This document shows, piece by piece, positions 8,471-17,650 of a stretch of 26,625 bases of DNA; positions within the stretch are counted from its first letter, which is position 1, and every line of letters starts with the position of its first letter. Source of the stretch: a virus. Its lineage: Duplodnaviria > Heunggongvirae > Uroviricota > Caudoviricetes. The notes beneath the pieces were generated by a model that saw only the letters and a list, made by a program, of their open reading frames with translations, was not told the origin of the DNA and ran no database searches. The stretch is from IMG/VR virus record IMGVR_UViG_2531839448_000003. One strand, 5' to 3'. Made by a program: the position numbers and the translations under genes.

Positions 8471-9016
8471 ATGACTATGCAACCACTTACATACCAACAG
8501 ACTAGCGGATTTAGCCCGACTGCGGTGATAAATCGTTCTCAAACAAAACAAGCTCCAGGCCACGAAAAAATCCGTGATGCCGTCCGCGCCTGGTCGGCTG
8601 TAGATAATCAGGATGTCGTTGCCGCACTCATTGTGAATGAGTATCGGGAGCAGGGCGGCGGCACCATCGATTTCCCTGATGATGTCAGCCGTGCACGCCA
8701 GAAGCTGTTCCGCTTCCTCGATAACAAATTCGATTCTGAAAAATACCGAAATAACGTGCGTGAATTGACCCCGGCAATTCTGGCGGTACTACCGCTGGAA
8801 TATCGCGGCCACCTGGTTGAGCAGGATAGCTTCATGGCTCGGCTGGCTGAAATGGAAAAGGAACTCAGTGAGGCAAAACAGGCTGTCATTCTCAACGCAC
8901 CACGCCACCAGAAACTGAAGGAGATGAGTGAAGGCATTGTGTCGATGTTTCGTGTGGACCCGGATTTGGCTGGTCCACTGATGGCGATGGTCACCACCAT
9001 GCTGGGGGCAATATGA
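8471..9016 (+). CDS. YdaT-family protein, cII-position regulator
   Basis: 181 aa; NEYREQGGGTIDFPDD and RELTPAILAVLPLEYRGHL resemble Rac YdaT as recalled; follows Cro/YdaS as in Rac ydaS-ydaT. Confidence 0.65.
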   Translation: MTMQPLTYQQTSGFSPTAVINRSQTKQAPGHEKIRDAVRAWSAVDNQDVVAALIVNEYREQGGGTIDFPDDVSRARQKLFRFLDNKFDSEKYRNNVRELTPAILAVLPLEYRGHLVEQDSFMARLAEMEKELSEAKQAVILNAPRHQKLKEMSEGIVSMFRVDPDLAGPLMAMVTTMLGAI

Positions 9017-9102
9017 CAGGTTCGGAAATGGCGAAAGCCGGTCTGCGCGAACAGAACCGACTTTCAGGTGCAAATCGTAACACACTCATTGCGGGAGGAA
9101 TT

Positions 9103-10032
9103 ATGGCAAACACTGCTGAGATATTCAATTTTCCAGTGCCGGATGTGGCACAAAAGGAGCCGCGCGTGGCAGATCTCGACGATGGTTATACGCGCATTGC
9201 AAATGAGTTGCTGGAAGCTGTGATGCTGGCCGGATTAACACAGCACCAGCTTCTGGTCTTCCTGGCTGTCATGCGCAAAACATATGGCTTTAATAAAAGA
9301 CTGGATTGGGTGAGCAACGAGCAACTTTCCGAATTGACCGGGATATTGCCGCACAAGTGTTCTGCTGCAAAAAGCGTTCTGGTAAAGCGTGGGATTCTTA
9401 TTCAGAGCGGGCGGAATATCGGCATTAATAATGTGGTCAGTGAATGGTCAACATTACCCGAATCAGGTAAGAAAAATAAAGTTTACCTGAAAGAGGTAAA
9501 TTTACCTGAATCAGGTAAGAAAAGTTTACCCAAATCAGGTAAAGGCGTTTACCCGAATCAGGTAAACACAAAAGACAAACTAACAAAAGACAATATAAAA
9601 CCTTTTTCGTCCGAGAATTATGGCGAATCCTCTGACCAGCCAGAAAATGCCCTTCCTGTGGTGAAACCGGATGCTGCAATTCAGAGCGGCAGCAAGTGGG
9701 GGACAGCAGAAGACCTGACCGCCGCAGAGTGGATGTTTGACATGGTGAAGACCATCGCGCCATCAGCCAGAAAACCGAATTTTGCAGGGTGGGCTAACGA
9801 TATCCGCCTGATGCGTGAACGTGACGGACGTAACCACCGCGACATGTGTGTACTGTTCCGCTGGGCATGCCAGGACAACTTCTGGTCCGGTAACGTGCTG
9901 AGTCCGGCCAAACTCCGCGACAAGTGGACCCAGCTCGAAATCAACCGAAACAAGCAACAGGCTGGCGTGACAGCCGGCAAACCAAAACTCGACCTGACAA
10001 ACACAGACTGGATTTACGGGGTGGATCTATGA
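9103..10032 (+). CDS. O: Replication initiator O
   Basis: N-terminus MANTAEIFNFPV...ADLDDGYTRIANELLEAV resembles lambda O (MTNTAKILNF...); ATG at 9103 preceded by GGGAGGA; the track's ATG at 9013 (ATGA-coupled to the upstream stop) is an alternative start; ori iterons lie inside the gene. Confidence 0.85.
   Translation: MANTAEIFNFPVPDVAQKEPRVADLDDGYTRIANELLEAVMLAGLTQHQLLVFLAVMRKTYGFNKRLDWVSNEQLSELTGILPHKCSAAKSVLVKRGILIQSGRNIGINNVVSEWSTLPESGKKNKVYLKEVNLPESGKKSLPKSGKGVYPNQVNTKDKLTKDNIKPFSSENYGESSDQPENALPVVKPDAAIQSGSKWGTAEDLTAAEWMFDMVKTIAPSARKPNFAGWANDIRLMRERDGRNHRDMCVLFRWACQDNFWSGNVLSPAKLRDKWTQLEINRNKQQAGVTAGKPKLDLTNTDWIYGVDL
9452..9567. repeat. Origin of replication iterons within O
   Basis: About five 17-19-bp copies of TTTACC(C/T)GAATCAGGTAA(A/G) (each an inverted repeat, TTTACC...GGTAAA) starting at 9455, 9484, 9503, 9526 and 9550, followed by an A/T-rich stretch at 9568-9610; encodes the repeated LPESGKK peptide. 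Confidence 0.8.
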
Positions 10033-10742
10033 AAAACATCGCCGCACAGATGATTAACTTTGACCGTGAGCAGATGCGCCGGATCGCCAACAACATGCCG
10101 GAACAGTACGACGAAAAGCCGCAGGTACAGCAGGTAGCGCAGATCATCAACGGTGTATTCAGCCAGTTGCTGGCAACTTTCCCTGCGAGCCTGGCTAACC
10201 GTGACCAGAACGAACTGAACGAAATTCGCCGCCAGTGGGTTCTGGCTTTCCGGGAAAACGGGATCACCACAATGGAACAGGTTAACGCTGGAATGCGCGT
10301 AGCCCGTCGGCAGAATCGACCATTCCTGCCGTCGCCCGGCCAGTTCGTAGCGTGGTGTAAGCAGAGTGGCGGGGCGTTAGGTATCACTGTTGACCAAGTC
10401 ATAACCGAATACTGGGATTGGCGTAATCGTTCCTTCGAATTCACTTCCAGCGAGCATTTCCCGTGGTCACAGCCTGTCATGTACCACATCTGCGTCGAAC
10501 TGCGCCACCGCAGCACAGAGCGCCAGTTAACGCATGGTGAGCTGGCGCGTGAAGCCGGCGATCTGCTGGACATGTGGGAGAGGCGCGTCACCGAGGGCAA
10601 ACCAGTACCGCCTGTGCGCCGGGCGATTGCAGCACCGGCTGCCGAGCATGGCCCGACGCCAATCCAGCTGCTTCAGGCGAAGTACAACCGCAACAAGTCG
10701 AACGGGATGGTGCGAAGTGGTAAAGAAGATAATAAAGAATAA
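10029..10742 (+). CDS. P: Replication protein P (helicase loader), divergent C-terminal half
   Basis: ATG at 10029 overlaps the O stop (ATGA); the first ~130 residues match lambda P as recalled (MKNIAAQM.NFDREQMRRIANNMPEQYDEKPQVQQVAQIINGVF...), the C-terminal part is divergent. Confidence 0.85.
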   Translation: MKNIAAQMINFDREQMRRIANNMPEQYDEKPQVQQVAQIINGVFSQLLATFPASLANRDQNELNEIRRQWVLAFRENGITTMEQVNAGMRVARRQNRPFLPSPGQFVAWCKQSGGALGITVDQVITEYWDWRNRSFEFTSSEHFPWSQPVMYHICVELRHRSTERQLTHGELAREAGDLLDMWERRVTEGKPVPPVRRAIAAPAAEHGPTPIQLLQAKYNRNKSNGMVRSGKEDNKE

Positions 10743-10820
10743 TATTTAGGGTTATAGGTCTTAGCCCATTTTAAATGGAAGGCAGACATGCAGCCATGCA
10801 TACTTCGCATGGCAACATAA

Positions 10821-11249
10821 TTATTTAGACAAACTATCTAATTTTTGCGTCGCTTTTTGTGTTAGGTCGCTGTAACTGATAAACCCTACGTTAGCACCTA
10901 CAATTAACACTAAGAACACTAAGCTGCATATGGATAGAGTGGCAGATTTATGCTTATGGAAAACAAAATATGCTACTATTGCACTTAATATGAAGGAAAT
11001 GAATAGAAATATAGATGTTGATGTTTTTAGATATTTTTCAGGAAATAATGGGTGAGCAATAATGTATACAAGATTAAGTAGTATATAAATTGCTACCGGA
11101 ATGAAAATCATGCTCCAGTGTGTATCTTTTTTGGGAGGGATTGGCTGCAAATAATCAGACACCGTTTTTCCATCAGTTTCAAGAAGAATTACTAGATCTC
11201 TTACTTCACCACTGACTTGAGTGCCATCCTTAGTAGTAATGTTAATCAT
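10821..11249 (-). CDS. Small three-helix membrane protein, AT-rich moron, downstream gene
   Basis: ATG at 11247-11249 overlapping the upstream stop (ATGA); 142 aa; about 45-residue soluble N-terminus then three hydrophobic segments (MIFIPVAIYILLNLVYIIAHPLF, IFLFISFILSAIVAYFVF, ICSLVFLVLIVGANVGFISY). Confidence 0.55.
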   Translation of the reverse strand: MINITTKDGTQVSGEVRDLVILLETDGKTVSDYLQPIPPKKDTHWSMIFIPVAIYILLNLVYIIAHPLFPEKYLKTSTSIFLFISFILSAIVAYFVFHKHKSATLSICSLVFLVLIVGANVGFISYSDLTQKATQKLDSLSK

Positions 11250-11623
11250 TTTTTCCCTCCAAATACGATGCCCTCTACGTCTTTGGAAGCTTTTTGTGAT
11301 GACCACTCCTCTGAATCAGGTGATTTAATTAAAAATATTGTATCTCCATCAAAAATCGTATTTGTTCCGTAAAAATTTACATTTGATAGATCACCACCAA
11401 AAACCCTCTGCCCACTCGAGGTAATTGCCTCACCTAATTTAGTAAAATTACCTGCAATAGATGATTTTCTTTTTCCACTTCTATTCAAAGTGGCTTTAAT
11501 TACACCACCACCATCCTTAGAGTTAAATAATTGAATGTCCACTCCAGCAGTTGGTTGTATATATTTTGAAAGCTCTTTCTTGAACTTGTTAATATATTTA
11601 TCTTTGTTTTCTTTGTTGGTCAT
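11246..11623 (-). CDS. Small Gly/Ser/Asn-rich soluble protein, AT-rich moron, upstream gene
   Basis: 125-aa ORF with ATG at 11621-11623; low GC; no recognisable family; translationally coupled to the membrane-protein gene. Confidence 0.5.
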   Translation of the reverse strand: MTNKENKDKYINKFKKELSKYIQPTAGVDIQLFNSKDGGGVIKATLNRSGKRKSSIAGNFTKLGEAITSSGQRVFGGDLSNVNFYGTNTIFDGDTIFLIKSPDSEEWSSQKASKDVEGIVFGGKK

Positions 11624-11887
11624 TGGTTAGATCCATAGTTCTGGCTGTGATTAGGTGAAAGTATACAAGGTTTTTAAAGCGAAGATCACTGTTTTGGCTT
11701 CAAGATAGTTTTGATTTATCGTAATCAATCCGCCATAATCCTCTCATCGGAGCCTGAACAACTCCGGTGACTTCTGCGCATTTAAGGGGACTTAAATGCG
11801 ACCACAATCTGAACTCATCACCTTGTCACAGATGCAGAAATGCACCTGCGATTTTCTGCATTCTGCGGTTTCCGTTAGGGAGGCCGT

Positions 11888-12343
11888 ATGACTCTGCCAG
11901 TAGACGGCATCAAACTCCATCGCGGTAACTTCGCGGCCATCGGCCAGCAGATTCAGCCATTGCTGGATGCCGGGCAATGCTTACGCCTGCAGGTTAAGCC
12001 GTGGCGCGAGAAGCGCAGCCTGTCGCAGAACGCGCTCAGCCACATGTGGTACACGGAGATCAGCGAATATCTCATCGCCCGCGGCAAGACCTTCGCTACG
12101 CCTGAGTGGGTCAAAGACGCGATGAAGCACACCTATCTCGGCTACGAAAGCAAAGACCGTGTAGATGTCGTGTCCGGCGAGGTCACCACCGTCCAATCCC
12201 TCCGCCATACGTCAGAGCTGGAAACCGGCGAGATGTACATCTTCCTGTGCAAAGTCGAAGCCTGGGCGATGAATATCGGCTGCCACCTGACAATTCCGCA
12301 GAGCTGTGAATACCAGCAGCTGCGCGATAAGCAGGAGGCGTAA
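11888..12343 (+). CDS. ybcN: NinB/YbcN-family protein
   Basis: 151 aa; GGGAGG Shine-Dalgarno; KRSLSQNALSHMWYTEIS resembles the NinB SLxQN region; synteny with ninE-ybcO-rusA. Confidence 0.8.
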   Translation: MTLPVDGIKLHRGNFAAIGQQIQPLLDAGQCLRLQVKPWREKRSLSQNALSHMWYTEISEYLIARGKTFATPEWVKDAMKHTYLGYESKDRVDVVSGEVTTVQSLRHTSELETGEMYIFLCKVEAWAMNIGCHLTIPQSCEYQQLRDKQEA

Positions 12344-12513
12344 TGGCTACACCGCTTATTCGTGTCATGAACGGGCACATCTACAGAGTATCAAATCGTC
12401 GTAAGCGTAAGCCTGAGCTGAAGCCATCCGAAATACCAACACTGCTCGGATATACCGCTAGCCTGGTTGATAAAAAATGGTTGCGACTGGCAGCAAGGAG
12501 GAATCATGGCTGA
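12343..12513 (+). CDS. ninE: NinE-like small protein
   Basis: 56 aa found by eye (under the track cut-off): [56 protein letters not shown]; TAATG overlap with ybcN, stop overlaps the ybcO start. Confidence 0.6.
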   Translation: MATPLIRVMNGHIYRVSNRRKRKPELKPSEIPTLLGYTASLVDKKWLRLAARRNHG

Positions 12514-12796
12514 TTTGAGAAAAGCAGCGCGTGGTCGGGAATGCCAGGTAAGAATCCCTGGCGTATGTAATGGCAATCCTGAAACGTCAGTACTGGCACA
12601 TATCCGGCTGGCTGGATTGTGCGGTACCGGTATCAAACCGCCAGACCTGATTGCCACCATTGCATGTTCTGCCTGTCACGACGAAATCGACCGCCGCACA
12701 TATTTTGTCGATGCTGAGTATGCAAAAGAATGCGCGCTGGAAGGTATGGCGAGAACGCAGGTTATCTGGCTGAAAGAGGGGGTTATTAAGGCGTGA
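12506..12796 (+). CDS. ybcO: YbcO-like (DUF1364) putative nuclease
   Basis: ATG at 12506 with GGAGG upstream (track start 12467 is an upstream in-frame ATG); Cys/His-rich [24 protein letters not shown]...CSACHDEID. Confidence 0.8.
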   Translation: MADLRKAARGRECQVRIPGVCNGNPETSVLAHIRLAGLCGTGIKPPDLIATIACSACHDEIDRRTYFVDAEYAKECALEGMARTQVIWLKEGVIKA

Positions 12797-13155
12797 ATAC
12801 CTACAGCATCACATTACCCTGGCCTCCGAGCAATAACCGCTATTACCGCCATAATCGCGGGCGCACACACATCAGCGCAGAAGGGCAGGCATACCGCGAT
12901 AACGTCACCCGAATCATTAAAAACGCAATGCTGGATATCGGCCTGGCTATGCCAGTGAAAATCCGTATTGAGTGCCACATGCCGGATCGCCGTCGCCGTG
13001 ACCTGGATAATCTGCAAAAAGCCGCTTTTGACGCACTCACCAAAGCAGGTTTCTGGCTGGATGATGCTCAGGTCGTTGATTACCGCGTTGTGAAGATGCC
13101 TGTTACCAAAGGTGGGAGGCTGGAACTGACCATCACCGAAATGGGGAATGAATGA
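12793..13155 (+). CDS. rusA: RusA Holliday-junction resolvase
   Basis: 120 aa matching E. coli RusA as recalled ([26 protein letters not shown]...); ATGA overlap with ybcO. Confidence 0.92.
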   Translation: MNTYSITLPWPPSNNRYYRHNRGRTHISAEGQAYRDNVTRIIKNAMLDIGLAMPVKIRIECHMPDRRRRDLDNLQKAAFDALTKAGFWLDDAQVVDYRVVKMPVTKGGRLELTITEMGNE

Positions 13156-13292
13156 TGTTTGAGTTTTATATGGCAGAACTTCTTCGCCACCGCTGGGGGC
13201 ATCTGCGCTTATATCGTTTCCCCGGTTCTGTTTTGACCGATTACCGAATACTGAAGAATTACGCCAAAACCCTGACAGGAGCAGGAGTATGA
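13152..13292 (+). CDS. ylcG: YlcG-like small protein
   Basis: 46 aa found by eye ([46 protein letters not shown]), overlapping the rusA stop; DLP12-type position between rusA and Q. Confidence 0.55.
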   Translation: MMFEFYMAELLRHRWGHLRLYRFPGSVLTDYRILKNYAKTLTGAGV

Positions 13293-13377
13293 AGTCAGAG
13301 ATAACAATCAACTAATACTGTTTTGTTGATTTTTGCTTGTAATTGGCGTTCTGGTCTGATTTTTGTGGAGTAAGTTG

Positions 13378-13761
13378 ATGCGTGATATTCAGATGGTTCT
13401 TGAGCGTTGGGGAGCGTGGGCGGCTAATAATCATGAAGATGTGACCTGGTCGTCCATTGCCGCCGGTTTTAAGGGATTAATTACTTCAAAAGTAAAATCT
13501 CGCCCGCAATGTTGTGACGATGACGCGATGATTATTTGCGGGTGCATGGCCCGTCTGAAAAAGAACAACAGCGATTTGCACGATTTATTAGTAGATTATT
13601 ATGTAGTCGGTATGACATTCATGTCACTGGCAGGTAAGCATTGCTGCTCTGATGGTTATATCGGGAAAAGGTTACAGAAGGCTGAGGGCATAATTGAAGG
13701 GATGTTAATGGCATTAGATATCCGGTTAGAGATGGATATCGTTGTTAATAACTCTAATTAA
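13378..13761 (+). CDS. Q: Late-gene antiterminator Q (QuuD-like)
   Basis: ATG at 13378 with GGAG upstream (track start 13363 is TTG); 127 aa, Cys-rich; position after rusA/ylcG and before the lysis genes. Confidence 0.8.
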   Translation: MRDIQMVLERWGAWAANNHEDVTWSSIAAGFKGLITSKVKSRPQCCDDDAMIICGCMARLKKNNSDLHDLLVDYYVVGMTFMSLAGKHCCSDGYIGKRLQKAEGIIEGMLMALDIRLEMDIVVNNSN

Positions 13762-13775
13762 TATGCCAATTGTTT

Positions 13776-13812
13776 ACTAAAAATTATTAAAAATGGGGCG
13801 TTGCAACGCCCC
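13776..13812 (-). terminator. Putative intrinsic terminator downstream of the porin gene
   Basis: Perfect palindrome GGGGCGTTGCAACGCCCC at 13795-13812, followed on the minus strand by ATTTTTAATAATTTTT; two further hairpins lie at 13879-13934. Confidence 0.4.
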
Positions 13813-13949
13813 CAAAAATAAAGGGTAATATATAACAGAAGGTTTATATAGTTAGAAGCAAGGTTGTGCTCCTAAAGGAAGTGGCTTGAGGGAGCCACTT
13901 ATATGTTGGGGAGGCAAAGCCTCCCGCAACATATCTTTTAGTAATCAAA

Positions 13950-15032
13950 TTAGAACTGGTAAACCATACCTACAGCAACGATATCATCGGTAGCAACGCC
14001 AGATGCTTTCGTGAAATCGCTCTTATCAATCAGGTTGATTTTGTAATCAACAAAAGTGGACATATTTTTGTTGAAGTAATAGGTTGCACCTACATCAATA
14101 TATTCAACCAGGTCCTGATCACCCCACGCACCCAAGTCTTTTCCTTTAGATTGCAGGTAAGCAACGGACGGACGCAGACCGAAGTCGAACTGATATTGTG
14201 CAACTACTTCGAAGTTTTGTGCTTTGTTGGCAATATGGTTATTACCAAAAACAGTCATGTTCTGGGTTTCAGAATAGGTGGTAGCCAGATAGATGTTGTT
14301 CGCATCATATTTCAGACCAGCTGCCCATACTTCAGCATTTTGACCAGATGCATTCAGGCTGTTGTTACCGTAGATAACCTGATTATTAGTGCGGTCAGAT
14401 TTAGCATAGGTTGCACCTACACCGAATCCTTCATACTCATAAGTAGTGGAGAAACCGAAACCATCACCATTAGCTTCAGTTACGTCAGTGCGGTCATTTT
14501 TACCCTGATACTGAGCAGCAAAGTTCAGACCATCAACCAGACCAAAGAAGTCGTTGTTACGATAAGTTGCAACACCAGTGGTGCGACCAGTCATGAACAC
14601 ATCTGTTTGGGTCCAGGTATCGCCACCGAATTCTGGCAGAACGTCAGTCCACGCACCGATGTCATATGCTACACCGTAGTTACGGCCGTAATCGATTGAG
14701 CCGTAGTCCCCGAATTTCAGGCCTGCAAATGCAAGACGGGTTTTGTCTTTGGAGGAGCCTTGAGATTCAGCGCGGTTGCCTTTGAATTCATATTCCCACT
14801 GACCGAAACCAGTCAGTTGATCGTTGATTTGGGTTTCACCTTTGAAGCCAAGACGGGCATAAGTAGTATCACCATCATCTGCATCATTAGAGGAGAAGTA
14901 GTGCTTGGCATTAACTTTCCCATATAGATCCAGCTTGTTACTGTCTTTATTATAAATTTCAGCTGCCTGAGCAGACATCGCCATCAGTACTGATGCAGCT
15001 ACAGCAGAAATTGCCACTGTTAATTTTTTCAT
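13950..15032 (-). CDS. nmpC: OmpC/NmpC-family outer-membrane porin
   Basis: 360 aa with signal peptide ([23 protein letters not shown]|AEIYNKD), porin-like sequence ending in ...VGMVYQF; intact. Confidence 0.92.
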   Translation of the reverse strand: MKKLTVAISAVAASVLMAMSAQAAEIYNKDSNKLDLYGKVNAKHYFSSNDADDGDTTYARLGFKGETQINDQLTGFGQWEYEFKGNRAESQGSSKDKTRLAFAGLKFGDYGSIDYGRNYGVAYDIGAWTDVLPEFGGDTWTQTDVFMTGRTTGVATYRNNDFFGLVDGLNFAAQYQGKNDRTDVTEANGDGFGFSTTYEYEGFGVGATYAKSDRTNNQVIYGNNSLNASGQNAEVWAAGLKYDANNIYLATTYSETQNMTVFGNNHIANKAQNFEVVAQYQFDFGLRPSVAYLQSKGKDLGAWGDQDLVEYIDVGATYYFNKNMSTFVDYKINLIDKSDFTKASGVATDDIVAVGMVYQF

Positions 15033-15460
15033 CGTGAGCCCTTTTTTTTGAACTATTATTAAAAAATGATGTCACTGCGCGATAAATATTCATCTAATCA
15101 ATGTGATTATTTCAAGATGTAAGTTTTGGTTTCTCGTTTGATTTGTGAAGTAGATCTCTATTTTTATCTGAACTTTTTTCTATCGAATCCTATTCATGGC
15201 TCTTGGCTGAATAAAAATAAATCTATTAGCCAATTTATATTAACGGCTGTTATTTATAAGTGCTCTGTAATTTGAAGGTTCAATTTAAATCGGCTAAAAA
15301 TAACGCTGGAAATTATTTGCTGGTTATTTGTTGAGATTTGCTTATGTATTTGTAGTGGTGTTTTCAATACTCGGTAGCATTCTCGCAAATATCATTTTGT
15401 GGTTTACGTACGTAAAAAATTGGTTATGCTGTTAAGAGTGGTTACTTCGTCACACAGCTT

Positions 15461-15496
15461 AAACCCGCCGTCGAGCGGGTTTTTCCATTTTTTGAG
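15461..15496 (+). terminator. Intrinsic terminator upstream of the lysis cassette (tR'-like)
   Basis: AAACCCGC-cgtcga-GCGGGTTT hairpin followed by TTCCATTTTTT, about 110 nt before the holin start. Confidence 0.6.
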
Positions 15497-15605
15497 TCTC
15501 GATATTAGCTGATAACCCAATACCTGAGTTATTCACTGACTCCGAGTCTGTTACGTTTCGTAGTATTCCCTCAATTTACACCCGCTTTGTCTGCGAGGTG
15601 GGGTT

Positions 15606-15821
15606 ATGAAATCCATGGATAAGTTAACAACGGGTGTCGCCTATGGCACCTCAGCAGGTAGTGCCGGTTACTGGTTTTTACAGCTGCTCGATAAAGTCAC
15701 GCCCTCACAGTGGGCAGCAATAGGTGTGCTGGGTAGCCTGGTATTTGGCCTGCTGACGTACCTGACAAACCTTTATTTCAAGATTAAAGAAGATAAGCGC
15801 AAGGCTGCGAGAGGTGAATAA
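15606..15821 (+). CDS. essD: Holin, phage-21 S-type pinholin with dual start
   Basis: 71 aa with the M1-K-S-M4 dual-start motif ([24 protein letters not shown]...), resembling S21 as recalled; one TM-like segment and a charged C-terminus; TAATG overlap with the endolysin. Confidence 0.9.
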
Positions 15822-16251
15822 TGCCTCCATCATTACGAAAAGCCGTTGCTGCTGCTATTGGTGGCGGAGCAATTGCTATAGCATCAGTGTTAATCACTGG
15901 CCCAAGTGGTAACGATGGTCTGGAAGGTGTCAGCTACATACCATACAAAGATATTGTTGGTGTATGGACTGTATGTCACGGGCATACAGGAAAAGACATC
16001 ATGCTCGGTAAAACGTATACCAAAGCAGAATGCAAAGCACTCTTGAATAAAGACCTTGCCACTGTCGCCAGACAAATTAACCCGTACATCGAAGTCGATA
16101 TACCGGAAACAACGCGCGGCGCTCTTTACTCATTCGTTTACAACGTGGGTGCTGGCAATTTAGACTGGCCCCCTGAATCTCCAGACAACCAATATCACTT
16201 ATTTAAGTGATAGTCTTAATACTAGTTTTTAGACTAGTCATTGGAGAGCAG

Positions 16252-16617
16252 ATGATTGATGTCTTAGGACCGGAGAAACGCAGACGGCGTACTACACAGG
16301 AAAAGATCGCTATTGTTCAGCAGAGTTTTGAACCGGGAATGACAGTCTCCCTTGTTGCCCGGCAACACGGTGTGGCAGCCAGCCAGTTATTTCTCTGGCG
16401 CAAGCAATACCAGGAGGGAAGTCTTACTGCTGTGGCCGCAGGAGAACAGGTCGTTCCTGCCTCTGAACTTGCTGCCGCCATGAAGCAGATTAAAGAACTC
16501 CAGCGCCAGCTCGGCAAAAAAACGATGGAAAATGAACTCCTTAAAGAAGCCGTTGAATATGGGCGTGCAAAAAAGTGGATAGCGCACGCGCCCTTATTGC
16601 CCGGGGATGGGGAGTAA
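16252..16617 (+). CDS. insC: IS2 OrfA (InsC)
   Basis: ATG at 16252 ([24 protein letters not shown]...); the track ORF begins further upstream. Confidence 0.9.
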   Translation: MIDVLGPEKRRRRTTQEKIAIVQQSFEPGMTVSLVARQHGVAASQLFLWRKQYQEGSLTAVAAGEQVVPASELAAAMKQIKELQRQLGKKTMENELLKEAVEYGRAKKWIAHAPLLPGDGE

Positions 16618-17480
16618 GCTTAGTCAGCCGTTGTCTCCGGGTGTCGCGTGCGCAGTTGCACGTCATTCTCAGACGAACCGATGACTGGAAAGATGGTCGC
16701 CGCAGCCGTCACTCAGATGATACGGATGTGCTTCTCCGTATACACCATGTTATCGGAGAGCTGCCCACATATGGTTATCGTCGGGTATGGGCGCTGCTTC
16801 GCAGACAGGCCGAACTTGATGGTATGCCTGCGATCAATGCCAAACGTATTTACCGGATCATGCGCCAGAATGCGCTGTTGCTTGAGCGAAAACCCGCTGT
16901 ACCGCCATCGAAACGGGCACATACCGGCAGAGTGGCTGTGAAAGAAAGTAATCAGCGATGGTGCTCTGACGGGTTCGAGTTCCGCTGTGATAACGGAGAA
17001 AAACTGCGAGTCACGTTCGCGCTGGACTGCTGTGACCGTGAGGCACTGCACTGGGCGGTCACTACGGGCGGCTTCAACAGTGAAACAGTACAGGACGTCA
17101 TGCTGGGAGCGGTGGAACGCCGTTTCGGCAACGAGCTTCCGGCGTCTCCAGTAGAGTGGCTGACGGATAATGGTTCATGCTACCGGGCTAATGAAACACG
17201 GCAGTTTGCCCGGATGTTGGGGCTTGAACCGAAGAACACGGCGGTGCGGAGTCCGGAGAGTAACGGCATAGCAGAGAGCTTCGTGAAAACGATAAAGCGT
17301 GACTACATCAGTGTCATGCCCAAACCAGACGGGTTAACGGCAGCAAAGAACCTTGCAGAGGCATTCGAGCATTATAACGAATGGCATCCGCATAGTGCAC
17401 TGGGTTATCGCTCGCCACGGGAATATCTACGGCAGCAAGCCAGTAATGGGTTAAGTGATAACAGGTGTCTGGAAATATAG
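16575..17480 (+). CDS. insD: IS2 OrfB transposase (InsD), DDE family
   Basis: 301 aa ([23 protein letters not shown]...), overlapping orfA in a different frame as in IS3-family elements. Confidence 0.9.
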   Translation: MDSARALIARGWGVSLVSRCLRVSRAQLHVILRRTDDWKDGRRSRHSDDTDVLLRIHHVIGELPTYGYRRVWALLRRQAELDGMPAINAKRIYRIMRQNALLLERKPAVPPSKRAHTGRVAVKESNQRWCSDGFEFRCDNGEKLRVTFALDCCDREALHWAVTTGGFNSETVQDVMLGAVERRFGNELPASPVEWLTDNGSCYRANETRQFARMLGLEPKNTAVRSPESNGIAESFVKTIKRDYISVMPKPDGLTAAKNLAEAFEHYNEWHPHSALGYRSPREYLRQQASNGLSDNRCLEI

Positions 17481-17650
17481 GGGCAAATCCACAATTTCAG
17501 AACATCGACGCTTCTTCGCAAAATAAACCAGGGCGATATCAAAGGCGCATGTGATCAGCTACGTCGCTGGACATATGCTGGCGGTAAGCAATGGAAAGGT
17601 CTCATGACTCGTCGTGAGATTGAGCGTGAAATCTGTTTGTGGGGTCAGCA

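Larger units (their letters stand above)
16161..17491 (+). mobile_element. IS2 insertion sequence, complete (1331 bp)
   Basis: Left end TAGACTGGCCCCCTGAATCTCCAGACA at 16161, right end ...CTGGAAATATAGGGGCAAATCCA at 17491; 5-bp target-site duplication CAATT at 16156-16160 and 17492-17496; carries orfA and orfB. Confidence 0.93.

Noticed and set aside
9452-9567. Tandem repeats inside O as a possible CRISPR array
   Set aside because: The repeats are short palindromic iterons inside a coding sequence, with irregular short spacers and no cas genes; they are ori iterons.
9437-10600. Antisense ORFs within O and P (9437-9763, 9681-10004, 9941-10600)
   Set aside because: They overlap the O and P reading frames on the opposite strand with no independent support.
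13901-13940. Long hairpin (ATATGTTGGGGAGGC/GCCTCCCGCAACATAT) followed by CTTTTAG as a plus-strand terminator after Q
   Set aside because: The T-run is short and the hairpin lies just downstream of the convergent porin stop; assignment to either strand is ambiguous, so it is not listed as a feature.
14151-14699. 182-aa plus-strand ORF inside the porin gene
   Set aside because: Antisense to a well-supported porin CDS and low-complexity; spurious.
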